Shown: positions 1 to 10,331 of the stretch, one piece after another
Position numbering within the stretch: the first letter of the stretch is position 1
Layout of the letters: every line of letters begins with the position of its first letter
Assembly: GCA_040437565.1 (NCBI GenBank)
Contig: JBDOQK010000011.1
Coordinates: 1 to 64,000 of the forward strand
DNA from: Albugo candida
Lineage: Eukaryota
DNA length: 64,000 nt
Reading direction: 5' to 3'
Position numbers and translations under genes: made by a program
Notes under the pieces: model-generated
Seen by the model: the letters and a program-made list of their open reading frames with translations, nothing else
Database searches by the model: none
What the model was told of the DNA's origin: nothing

Positions 1-141
1 GGTAACATTACTTCAAAGAATAGTTGGAATAAGGCTTAGATTAGCTAATAGTGAACTAAGGACCTTAATGTTAATCTTACTTTGATATTTTCTTCTTTGC
101 ACACAAGACTTATCAGTACTATTCGGGACCTATCCGGAACA
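1..141 (+). repeat. Probable 3' part of an LTR (copia-type), cut by the window edge
   Basis: Shares AAGGCTTA...GTGAACTAAGGACC with the LTR at 15391-15539 and ends in ...GGAACA at 141. Confidence 0.4.
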
Positions 142-162
142 TTTAAATCCTTTATTCTTCAA

Positions 163-358
163 GAGGATGACTATTGCCCCAGTCGTTTTGACTATTGCCA
201 CAAACAAACACCTCTATTGGCATATTTGTGTGATTGATCGGTCGTTTTCGTTATTCCCATACACGTTTTCACCAAGGCCACAGACAAAACATATCTGATT
301 GGCTAGTTTGTGTAAACAAGAATGATTGATCGAAAGGGTGACTATATTACTGCATCTA
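163..358 (+). repeat. MULE left terminal inverted repeat
   Basis: Matches the reverse complement of 8445-8622, e.g. CCACAGACAAAACATATCTGATTGGCTAGTTT and TATTCCCATACACGTTTTCAC. Contains internal repeats of TGACTATTGCC. Confidence 0.85.
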
Positions 359-381
359 CCTAAGATACAGAATACAATTTC

Positions 382-2276
382 TTATTTGATTATATCCTTG
401 CACTTCTCAGAGTCCGAGCGGTGCCCTGCTTCACCACAAGCTCTATATAAACGTATTCTGGGTTTCTTTGGGTCCCCCATTTCAAATTCAGATAAATTGT
501 GCCGCGTCGATCCATTTTGTTAGCGCAGCCTCCCTTTGAAGCGCGCAATGACTAGCTCTTGCAAAGTTTTTGGGATATGTTGCGAAAGTGTCTGAAGTTC
601 GTCGATTGTCGTGCCTGCTGATGATCTGGTAAGGCCCCAAAGCAGGTGTTCACTTGATCAAGTAACATCGGGGTACTTTCAGCTGGTCGCAACAGAAGAG
701 GACTTAGTTGGTGAGGCTTAGCCAAGTTCCAATGTGGATGGATGTCGCTCATTTGCAGGTTTTGCTTTTGACGCAGGTATTGACGCAGTTTGTTCTTACA
801 GGGTAGACTCCAGACGGTGCGGAGTACTTCATAGCATACATCTTCGTCGTTTGTTTGTGTCTGCCGGGAAACCTTCAACCATTCGTAGATTGTAATCAGT
901 GCAAAATGAGTAATTCTCAAGTTGATATCCCGAAAAATCATTCCTTGAGGCGTTGGCTGTGCATAGTTGCAGATGCTCATTTGTTGACGCTGTCGGGACA
1001 CACCGTGCTCTGCAAGACTATTATCAATAGCTAGGTATAATTCTTCGCAGAACGAAAGAAGGTTGTTCTTGCTAGTTGGAATGTAGCAACAAACATTTCT
1101 TTGTAGGGAATCCATGTTTCGACAATGTGTTCAATCATTACACTTTCTGCACGCAATTCGAAACGTTTCCAGAGTTTATCGAAGAATCCTTCTGTTTTTC
1201 CATAAATGTTTGCCCTCCATTTCTTCATGAAGGCTGTCCATTCTTCTTCTTTTGCAAGGTATGCTCTGCATTTTTTCACAATGTTTTTTTCAATATACCA
1301 TACACATAAAGAATTTGGGAAGTAGTAAAGTGTTTTTCTTGAATACCTGAAATTAGCATCAGCTTGCGACCAACGACAAAACCTTTCGGAGAAGATTCGT
1401 CCCTAAAGATCGATCGAAAGAAGTTTTTCGCTGAAGTGTGTGAGGATTGACTCTCAGTAGTCATGAAAAAAAATGCGACGGAAGATGTTTTATACATTGA
1501 CGTGCACCCAACGATATGCAAACACGGAGGCTTCAAAGCACTTGTCCTGTATGTGGCATCCACCAGAAAAATGCCATTGTGACTACAAGCCATCTCTGTT
1601 GATCTTGGATGGGCAAAGTACAGGTGGGACATTTTGCCCTCAACATTGCTCACTATTGTTTCAACATCAAATTGCAATCTGCAAAATTTCTTTACAAGGG
1701 CATCCATCGGTGTACTGCCATCTAAATTTTTAAAATTTTGACGTAGCAAATGTTGTTCAGATTTTCAGGAAAAACAAATCCACGATCATTCCGCAAACAT
1801 GTTTGAATGCTTCTCGTTGGGACCCCAGCATCATACAATCCAACTATTGTTTTTTCCATTTCTGTTTTGAGTCTAAGGTGAAGAGGATGGGCGCTATTGG
1901 AGGTGGGTGGCATACGGTTATGATCCTCTTCAACCATGTGGAAAGGCCAATGCAGTTCATCCTGTAGGGTCTTTAAGCGGAATGGACGGATGGCAAGTAC
2001 TGTCGAGGAATTTCGTGCTCTAGTCTCTTCCATCAGACCAAGCCGATTGCGGTAAGACCCTCCGCGGTCACATTGGTCATGGACCGTACAGTGCCCGTTA
2101 CGCCGCTTGTAGGATGCTGTTGTCATTACCTCCTAGACTTGGGTGGCAGCAAATTCATTTAATGCCTTTTCCATCGCTTTGCGAGAACTATTGTCGACTC
2201 CAACAAGTTCGGTTGGTGGCTGCATCAGTTTGTTTTGAACATTGACATCAAATTCTTTCGTATATTTCGAATTCAT
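382..2276 (-). pseudogene. MULE/FAR1-like transposase, fragmented by frameshifts and stops
   Basis: ORF pieces 1722-2126, 1276-1749 (LYFAHP...FLVDATYRTS...LHIVGCTS...VAFFFM, MULE domain), 1031-1279 and 552-1115. C-terminal CCHC-like knuckle (RACGEAGHRSDSEKC) near 400-450. Confidence 0.85.
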
Positions 2277-2379
2277 TTTCTCCTTGAAAGCCGTTATTTA
2301 TTGCGCAACTCGTTGAATGTTTCTGCATGGTAGGGAGGGAAGCGAGGGAACCCGAAATCGTGGAAACGTGTAAGGTATT

Positions 2380-2533
2380 TATTGGAAGATGTCATTTAGC
2401 GACCGTGCTGTTTGAAATAGTGCGCGATGTTGTAGATTGAATACGGACAGGTTACATAGGAAATGCATATGATAAAAGTTAATAACAGTTTCACATTTGC
2501 ACGAAAAAGAAAACGGCAGTGAGGTGTTTTACA
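2380..2533 (+). repeat. 5' LTR of copia element 1
   Basis: TATTGG...TTTACA, a direct repeat of 7580-7733, followed by the PBS. Confidence 0.9.
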
Positions 2534-3044
2534 GGTTATGAGTCCAAGCCGACTATCGTTCCCACGCGCGCCGAGAACGCTCAAACTACACCAGACAGCC
2601 TCGTACAGGTCGACGCATATCCACCCACCGAGACTGCAGTGGCAGATGCTCGTGAGGGGAGAGGTGTGCCTCTAGTAATGTGAACTCAAAATACTCGAGG
2701 CACTGACGGCCATGCAAGAACGCATAAGTCTCCAGGGGATTCCACATATTAAGAGAGAAGAAGACGAGCGAATGAGGGGCGCTCAAGAAACCGGTGTATT
2801 TCAGTCGGCGTTTGGGAGAAGTTTTGGCTCGTCGCGCNNNNNNNNNNNNNNNNNNNNNNNNNNNNNNNNNNNNNNNNNNNNNNNNNNNNNNNNNNNNNNN
2901 NNNNNNNNNNNNNNNNNNNNNNNNNNNNNNNNNNNNNTGTAGATTGAATACGGACAGGTTACATAGGAAATGCATATGATAAAAGTTAATAACAGTTTCA
3001 CATTTGCACGAAAAAGAAAACGGCAGTGAGGTGTTTTACAGGTT

Positions 3045-6000
3045 ATGAGCCCAAGCCGACTATCGTTCCCACGCGCGCCGAGAACGCTCAAACTACACCA
3101 GACAGCCTCGTACAGGTCGACGCATATCCACCCACCGAGACTGCAGTGGCAGATGCTCGTGAGGGGAGAGGTGTGCCTCTAGTAATGTGAACTCAAAATA
3201 CTCGAGGCACTGACGGCCATGCAAGAACGCATAAGTCTCCAGGGGATTCCACATATTAAGAGAGAAGAAGACGAGCGAATGAGGGGCGCTCAAGAAACCG
3301 GTGTATTTCAGTCGGCGTTTGGGAGAAGTTTTGGCTCGTCGCGCATGGAGATGAGCGCGCTCCTACAGACGCCTCCACCTGTCTAAGCTCCAGTACCAAG
3401 AGTACCACATTTTCAGAGCTCGATGTACCGCCAGCATCAGGAATATGCAGCCATGAGGCAAGGTCAAACGATTATTGATGCTCAGATGCCGCAGAAAGTA
3501 CCGATACCACCCAGCACACCTCCATGTCATAACTCACCTCAAATGGCTGGAGTTAGAGTGCCCGATGCTCGGCAGAGAAATCTGTTTACTCGCCCATTTG
3601 ATGGAAAGGAGCTCTACGAAGGGCTAGGTTCTAAATTTTTTGATTGGGATCATAGTTAGTTTCGACAGCTGGTGCTGGCTCAGATGGCGTGTGGTTTCGA
3701 GTGGTCAGAAGAAGTCAAGGCTGACTGACCTTCTGGGGCATTAACTGAGTGGCACTGCGGAACCGTATTACCACAAGCAACTGGAGACCTGGGGTGGCAG
3801 CAGCAACCGACGCTGCAGTACGTCATGGAATGTTTGCACAAGACTTTTCGGACCACTTTCACTCAAGCTCAAGCAACCAAGCTACTCGCCGCGAGAAAGG
3901 ACCCGAAGCGTTCTTGGCCCGAGAATTTTCTATATCTAGTCACTGTGAGTGATGCGACGGATGGGGCAGAGACGCTAGTGCTCAAAAATATCGTTTTATA
4001 AGCATCAACTGACCTACGACACGTACTTATGGCTAAGTACGATAATTATCGCGGGGATTATTTGCAACACGCCGAGGAGATGGCGCATTTCGCGCAAGCG
4101 ATTGAAACTGCTGTGCGTGATGCATAGTCTATTGGGAGGGATGTCGTTCTGCATGTAGGAGCAGCACATCCACGAAAAGGTACCCGAACTTGTTACAATT
4201 GCAACAAAGCTGGTCACATTGATTGTCGTGGAAAGAAAAAAAGGGGTGGAAAAAAAGGACACGAACGTGGTGTTCATATGACCCTCGCTGTAGTTGATGG
4301 TCAAGAAAAGGTTCAAGATCAGTGGATTCTGGACAGCGGTTCCAGTAGACACCTTGTGAATGACGATTGCATGCTTGAAGAACCTCGTCATGTTACCGGA
4401 TGGAAGATCACTGAGTGTCACGATGGTTGGTTCAGTTCTGCTTCATGTAACTGTAGCTGGGGAACCTCGTACAGTGCGATTAACTGATGTCCACTTGTCC
4501 CATCAATTACGAGGAACATTATATCGTATGGAAAGTTGGAGAAAAGGGGTTTCGAACTTACATATGTGGACGGTTCTCGGTCACTAGTGCATTCCAGAAC
4601 TGGTGTGGTGGCGTTTGATGTACTGTAAAAATGAAAGATAATGTGCTAGTGCTTCAAGTCGAATCGAAACGCTCGAACACGACATCACGCGATGTAAATA
4701 TGGCGACAATTAATGAAGAGTCGACTGCCATTGATGATAAAGATGTGCAAACTGGCAAGCTGATGCAGTTCCATCAACGTATGGCTCATTTGTCGTATGA
4801 CACTATCGAGCGTATGTGTAAAGACCCGAGATCAGTGATACAGCTGAGTGACAAAAAACGTGTGAACTTTTTAACCTGCGCGCAGGTAAAGAAAAAAAGA
4901 ACGATCAGCCGAAACAAGGCACGGGAAGGAATTCACCTATCGACAGAGTTGGCGGAGTGATATGCAGTGACTTGAAGGGACCGATTACACCGAAGGATGG
5001 ACTGAGTAATCGCTACCTGATAAACTTCGTTGACCACTAGTCAAACTATTGTCGCATTTTTCTCGCCAAGACCAAGGACGCGGCAGCGAAGAAATTTGAA
5101 TATTTTTTGGTCTTCTTCGAAAAAATGTTTAACTGCCGAGTTCATGTATTGCGCACTGATGGCGGTCGCGAATATCAAAATATCGATTTATTCTGCAAGA
5201 AAGCGGGGGTTGCGGGACAAGTCTCTGAGCCTAGAAACCAGGCGTCGAATGGAAAGTCACCCCCATCGCTCGTATCGGAGGCTTCATATGCAGCGATATC
5301 AAGGGACTTAAAACACCGGTTGATAGATGTGAAAACAGGTATCTGACCAATTTTGTTGATCACAAAAGCAACTTTATAAACTTGGCCAGATGCAAGCTTT
5401 TTGCGTGTGGCTTGCCTCGTTATTTCTGGAGAGATGCCGTGGAGTACGCAGCGTGCATACTGACTCCGAGTCGCGCTAACAAAAACAGGGCATCACATCT
5501 CGAAGTATTGACTTAAAAAGTACCAAATTCGAGTTCGATTTTGGCTTTTGGCTCAATATGTACTATGTACAGAGACGCGCGCAAGGATTCTCTACAACAG
5601 CGAGCGCAAGTTGGAATAATCATCGGCAAAATGGATTAGATGAAGGGATTTCGCGTGTATTTGAAGAAGGAAAGGTTGGTCGTTGTTACTCAGCATGTCA
5701 AGAATATCGACTTAGACTGCAGCACAAAGTTTGCATGTTCAGCGTGGAATTGAATCTAGTATCAACAATAGAGGCGAGACGTCAGAAGGAGATGATGCGA
5801 AAATTGCCTTGTCAGATAATGCTGCAGATAAATTGACTCACGACGTTGCGAAAAAGAAGAAGAAAAAGTATTGGCAAAGATCGTGACATGTGACGCGTTC
5901 GACAACAAGAACTCCCACGATTGATGGTCAGCAAAAGGAGATTGCTAAAGAAGTGGTGAATCACATTGCTGAGTGCGATCCAGCTAACTATGGCGAAGCT

Positions 6001-7570
6001 ATGAAGAGCTCGAAGGCACAAGAATGGAATAAGGCGATGGAAGGAGAAATTTCTGCTTTGATTCGCCTAGGAGTATTCGAAGTCAACAAAAGACCTCGAG
6101 ACAGCAATGCGTTGCACAGCAAGTGCGTTTTCAAGCCGAAGGCAATATTGAGAGATTCAAAGCTCGCCTTGTTGCATTTGGAAATGAGCAAAACTTCGGA
6201 GTAGATTTCTTTCTAACTATTGCGGCGGTCATGGACATATCAACAGTGAAAATTGTGTTGGCTCTGGCGATTATTTGGGGAGTTCATGCTCACCATGGCG
6301 ACGTACCAAACGCATATGGCCAGGCAGACAAAGAAAGTGGGCTGGACATTTTTCTGCATGTACCAGGTGGGGTAGTGTTTACACATCAAGAACTCCAAGA
6401 GTTTGGAGTTAGAAGCCGCAGTGAACTTGTGTTGAAATTGAAGACGACACCATACGGTCTTAAGAAGGCCGGTCGATTATAGAGCAAATTGCGTCATATG
6501 AAACTTACTGAAGCTGGATATGGGCGCTGTATCACGGATATGTTTCTTTATTACAACATTTTTGGCGATAACATCATCGTGGTTGGGATACACGTAGACA
6601 TCGACAAATGCTGATTTGATTCAACATTTCTTCAAGAGTCTCGCGTCCTTGTCCATCAAGCAGCTTGGACCAGTCAGAAAATTTCCTGAAATGCGCATCA
6701 ACACCATCGAGAAAAGCGAATAGGCTCTGGATCAGGAAGAGGCGATCGATGATCTTCTTCGTGATGCGGGGATGAGCTTGGTCAAAATTCCGCGCAAGCC
6801 AATCGTCGATTATAGCGACGAGGTATCCTTGAGTAACGAAGATTTGCTGCTGGTTCATGGGAGCTATGGTCAGCCAACAGTCAAAAGTTTTCAATCTCTC
6901 GTCAGCAGTCTGCTATGGGAGTCACGTTGCACATGACCCGACATCGCTTTCGCTGTTCATAAGGCAACAAGACAAACACATCAGCCAAGTTTTCGCGATT
7001 GAAATCTCGCAAAAAGCATCGTACGTTATCTGAAGGGGAGCAAGACGCTCAAGCTGCACATGGTAGCTGACCCAAGCACTGTTTCTCCGCTGAATTTTGC
7101 GTCATTCAGCGATGCAGATTTTGCATGGGACAAGGCGGATCGCAAGTCGCTGACCGGAGCCGTCGTGATGATGAATGGCTTCCTTGTCAGCTGGACGTGC
7201 AAAAACCAGGGTGGTGTATCGCTGTTCACGATGTAAGCTTTGTTTGTAGCTGCTTCTGACGTGGCAAGAGAGTTTCTTGGTGTCTGCGAGCTGCTGCATG
7301 AGCTGGGATTGGTCATTGTGACCCCGATGCCAATGATGATTGTCAATCAGGCTGCGATCGAGAACCTGGAAGGTGAGTCATCACCTGCAAAAGCACAGCA
7401 CATCGACATAAGTGTCAATGTCGTGTGTTATCAAGCGAGACGTGGGTTTATTGTACCACATTACATACCTTCAGACAAGATGATCGCCGACATATTGGCG
7501 AAGGCGTTCGATTCCCACAAGCTCACCAGTCTGAGCGCACTCGTGAGTTTGCAGTACCCACAACACGGCC
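3045..7570 (+). pseudogene. copia gag-pol polyprotein pseudogene
   Basis: Fragmented ORFs carry a gag zinc knuckle (CYNCNKAGHI), protease, GAG-pre-integrase (HQRMAHLSYDTIERM), integrase (LRTDGGREY), RT and RNase H motifs. Confidence 0.9.
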
Positions 7571-7579
7571 GAGAAGGAG

Positions 7580-7733
7580 TGTTGGAAGATGTCATTTACC
7601 GACCGGTTTGTTTGAAATAGTGTGCGATGGTGTAGGTTGATTGCGGACAGGTTACATAGGAATTGCATATGATAATAGTTAATAACAGTTTCACATTTGC
7701 ACGAAAAAGAAAGGTGCACGGAGGTCTTTTATA
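7580..7733 (+). repeat. 3' LTR of copia element 1
   Basis: TGTTGG...TTTATA, preceded by a polypurine tract. Confidence 0.9.
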
Positions 7734-8009
7734 GTAGTATGTAGACGCAGGGGTCCGTACCCAGCTCAGTTGAGGGTGTACGCCCGTAGTACTTGTATGT
7801 AGACACCGTTCTGTTACTACAGTTTGGTGGTTATCTACTCTATTCTAATCACTAGTATGTAACGCTCTGAAGAGCCCGGTCCAACTCCTGTACAGTTATT
7901 TTCTGGTGTCGTTGCCAGCGGTCTTGACACGTCCATATCTTCATTGAGTAGGTTGATATTTACGTGGAAGAATCTTTGCATCCGCCGAGGGGCCCCACCG
8001 CAGCCCTTT

Positions 8010-8087
8010 TGCCACCGCCGGGATTCGAACCGGTGCACATATGGTCGGAGCACATGTGAACTAACCGCTAAGCCCCACGACGGGGTC
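8010..8087 (-). ncRNA. tRNA-like Pol III head of SINE family B (not a functional tRNA)
   Basis: A-box TGGGGCTTAGCGGTT (8077-8063) and B-box GGTTCGAATCCC (8031-8020) at tRNA spacing, ending ...GGCGGTGGCA. No clean anticodon arm. Confidence 0.8.
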
Positions 8088-8088
8088 G

Positions 8089-8195
8089 AAAATAAAGTGC
8101 GATACTTCTCTATTGATGCGTGGCATCCTTGCGCAGGGGCCATGCTAATCTTTTCTGTATCGTTCCAATTTTTTCGGATGACCACAGAGTGGTTC
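8089..8195 (-). ncRNA. U6: U6 spliceosomal snRNA copy, full length, probably a retropseudogene
   Basis: Minus strand reads GAACCACTCTGTGGTCATCCGAAAAAATTGGAACGATACAGAAAAGATTAGCATGGCCCCTGCGCAAGGATGCCACGCATCAATAGAGAAGTATCGCACTTTATTTT. The canonical U6 core is present, but the ACAGAGA box is mutated to ACAGAAA (8153) and GATGACAC to GATGCCAC (8123). Confidence 0.95.
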
Positions 8196-10331
8196 CTCCG
8201 TACCCAGCTCAGTTGATTACGCACTTGAGAGCACGGACCCCCTGCCGGAGGTCGTTAGTTCGATCCCCGGCAGTGTGGGCAGCGGTTTGAACCCACCTAA
8301 GTAATAAGCTTGGAAATATCTGCCTCCCTAGGTTTGAAGTCAGACTTAAGTGATACTCACACGGTCAGGGGCTCATGATAGGATAAGGAAGGCAGTTGAA
8401 AAATCAGATAAACAGTGTAATGAAATCCTTGACAAAGTAGTATCTAGACGCAGTAATGTAGTCACCCTGTCGATGAATCATGTTGGTTTACAAAAACTAG
8501 CCAATCAGATATGTTTTGTCTGTGGCAATAGTGAAAACGTGTATGGGAATAGCGAAAACGGTCGCTGAATCACACAAATTAGCCCAATCGGAGGTGTTTT
8601 GTGTGTGGCAATAGTCATACTCTTATAGAAAAGGTGGGGGCTAAATAACGACTCCGTTACTAACTATGTGTGTTTTTGCTGGTCTTGTTGGTCATAACAA
8701 CATTACAGATACATAGTAGCTGGATATGCTTAGTTTGAAAAGGCTTGAATAGCGCAGGTGAGAGAGAAGTTAGGACTCAAATAAAGGCGCTTTTCAGTTT
8801 TTTTCGAACGTCAGGAACAATAGATTATGGGTTCAAGCTCATGAAGAATGGCAGAGGAGGTGCTACAACAGATCATTTACTTAACGTGGAGTTCAGCACG
8901 CAATGAATCTGATGAAAGTTTTGCTAAATCACCTCGATATACTTGAAATCCAACATCGAATGTTCAACTGCTAAGCTGCGGAAATCCAACGATATGGAGG
9001 ATTCGAAAGATGTTCTTTTCGTCGCGTCGTCGCTCAATCTTTCAGTCAATTCTTCGAGGTGCACACAAGACTGCTGAAGTTGAGATAATTTTCTAGAGCT
9101 TTTTTTCTCGAAAACAGCTTGCACAACCGGATACAAAATATCTGGAAACGCACGAGTTCAAATGCGAATGTATGGCGACCAATGGATCGTTTCTGTGAAT
9201 TACATGCGTTGTTCATAACGATGCAAGCTTCTGGATCGTAAATCAGCTTGGATGGCCATTTCGTGATAAGTCTAAGACGCCTTCCAGGCGATTACCACAA
9301 TATCGTGACGATCATCGAGAATATCCAAGGGATGGATTCACTTCGTACAAAATAAATATTACGTAGTTATTGGAAATATTGATTCGTGTAGAGAAAAGCG
9401 GAGTGCATTGATAGCGCAAGAAACATGGGAACCTTGTCTGCGTATAGACTGATCATAAAACGTATATTGTTCAGTGGTAGCATACCATGTGGGTATGTTT
9501 AAAGATGAATTTCCGTAATTCATTCCTTGCGAAAACTGATACTTATTTCGGTAGCACAACGAGTACAAGTGTAAGCAAAGGAAAATAGAAGTATGCGAGT
9601 AAAGTTGCCAAATTCGAGACCTATCTGTATCGAGATGTGTTGTATGTACCGTACTGGATCGAAAATTGATGCTACATTTGGCTCCATCGGAACGCTTCTA
9701 CTTGTCGTACTTGTGCTAGTCTTCGAAACAAACGCATAACAAATTGTATAAATTCTGCTGATATCTCACCTTTTGCATGGATCAAAAGAGAAGCTCTAGT
9801 GCTGTGGATGTTCATCATGGCTACCAAATGGTCTGATTGAGAAAGTTGCAGTATCGGATATAAAGAAGGTTTATCATCCTTAAATGCAAGCTCCTTGAAT
9901 GCAAGTCTTTCGAGAATCCAGCATTACAGGGCACTTAAAAGAACAATTATATGCAGGGAACGCCGATGTATGGCATCTTCATATGTATCTATGAGCGATA
10001 TAAAGGTTGGCAATTTGAGTGGATGGGCTGATACTGAATAAGATATCAAATAATGATGATGAAGACAACATCTGGGAATGGTTTTCGTATGGAGAATCAT
10101 CCCTGAAGCTTTTCTGAATTCCGTTATGTAACAGCCAAGAGTCAATTGTTGCTGGAAGTGATAAACAGCGAAGTTATGGGACCTATGCACACCGTATTTC
10201 AGTGTGGTGCACGGCATATAGTCACTTTATTGACGACTATTGCAGATATGTAGTAACTATCCATGCCACACAAAAATCCCATTTTAGCGACGATTTCCTC
10301 AAATCAAGTCTTCGCTGGAGTTATATTTGTA

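Larger units (their letters stand above)
2380..7733 (+). mobile_element. Ty1/copia LTR retrotransposon, full-length but degenerate
   Basis: 154-bp LTRs at 2380-2533 and 7580-7733 (about 19 mismatches by eye). PBS GGTTATGAG(T/C)CCA follows the 5' LTR and PPT GAGAAGGAG precedes the 3' LTR. Imperfect TSD GTATT/GTAGT. Domain order is gag-PR (WILDSGSSRH)-IN-RT (KARLVAFG)-RNaseH (ADILAKA). Confidence 0.95.
7774..8196 (-). mobile_element. Chimeric retroposed unit: U6 snRNA fused to a tRNA-headed SINE (family B)
   Basis: Flanked by a perfect 20-bp direct repeat TCCGTACCCAGCTCAGTTGA at 7754-7773 and 8197-8216. The minus strand reads U6, then a tRNA-like head, then a body that recurs at 60694-60876. 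Confidence 0.9.
7751..8436 (+). mobile_element. tRNA-derived SINE (family A), interrupted by a 423-bp insertion
   Basis: Removing 7774-8216 gives a sequence colinear with the intact copy at 58643-58886. A-box AGCTCAGTTG and B-box AGTTCGATCCC. 17-bp TSD GTAGTAT(G/C)TAGACGCAG at 7734-7750 and 8437-8453. Confidence 0.9.
163..8622 (-). mobile_element. Mutator-like (MULE) DNA transposon with long TIRs, carrying nested copia and SINE insertions
   Basis: 163-358 is the reverse complement of 8445-8622 apart from scattered substitutions and one extra repeat unit on the left. Termini read GAGGATGACTATTGCC and GAGTATGACTATTGCC. A MULE transposase relic lies between them. No clear TSD. Confidence 0.85.

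Noticed and set aside
2431-3344. Apparent tandem duplication of LTR/PBS/gag start, and similar duplications at gaps near 19760, 22346, 24219, 27000, 29542, 39321, 47340, 51972, 59871 and 61209
   Set aside because: Each pair is near-identical and sits exactly either side of a 100-N gap, which indicates unmerged contig overlaps rather than real tandem repeats.
7861-7900. Hammerhead ribozyme suggested by CTGAAGA
   Set aside because: No stem II closed by GAAA follows, and the second copy reads ATGAAGA.
8010-8087. Genuine tRNA gene
   Set aside because: A and B boxes are present, but there is no canonical acceptor or anticodon arm, and it is continuous with a repeated SINE body.
7835-8224. ORFs of 129 aa and 90 aa overlapping the U6-SINE unit
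   Set aside because: Chance open frames across non-coding RNA-derived sequence.
8089-8270. Functional U6 gene driven by a divergent tRNA, as in trypanosomes
   Set aside because: The 20-bp TSD and the uninterrupted SINE A copy at 58643 show the arrangement arose by insertion. The ACAGAGA box is also mutated.
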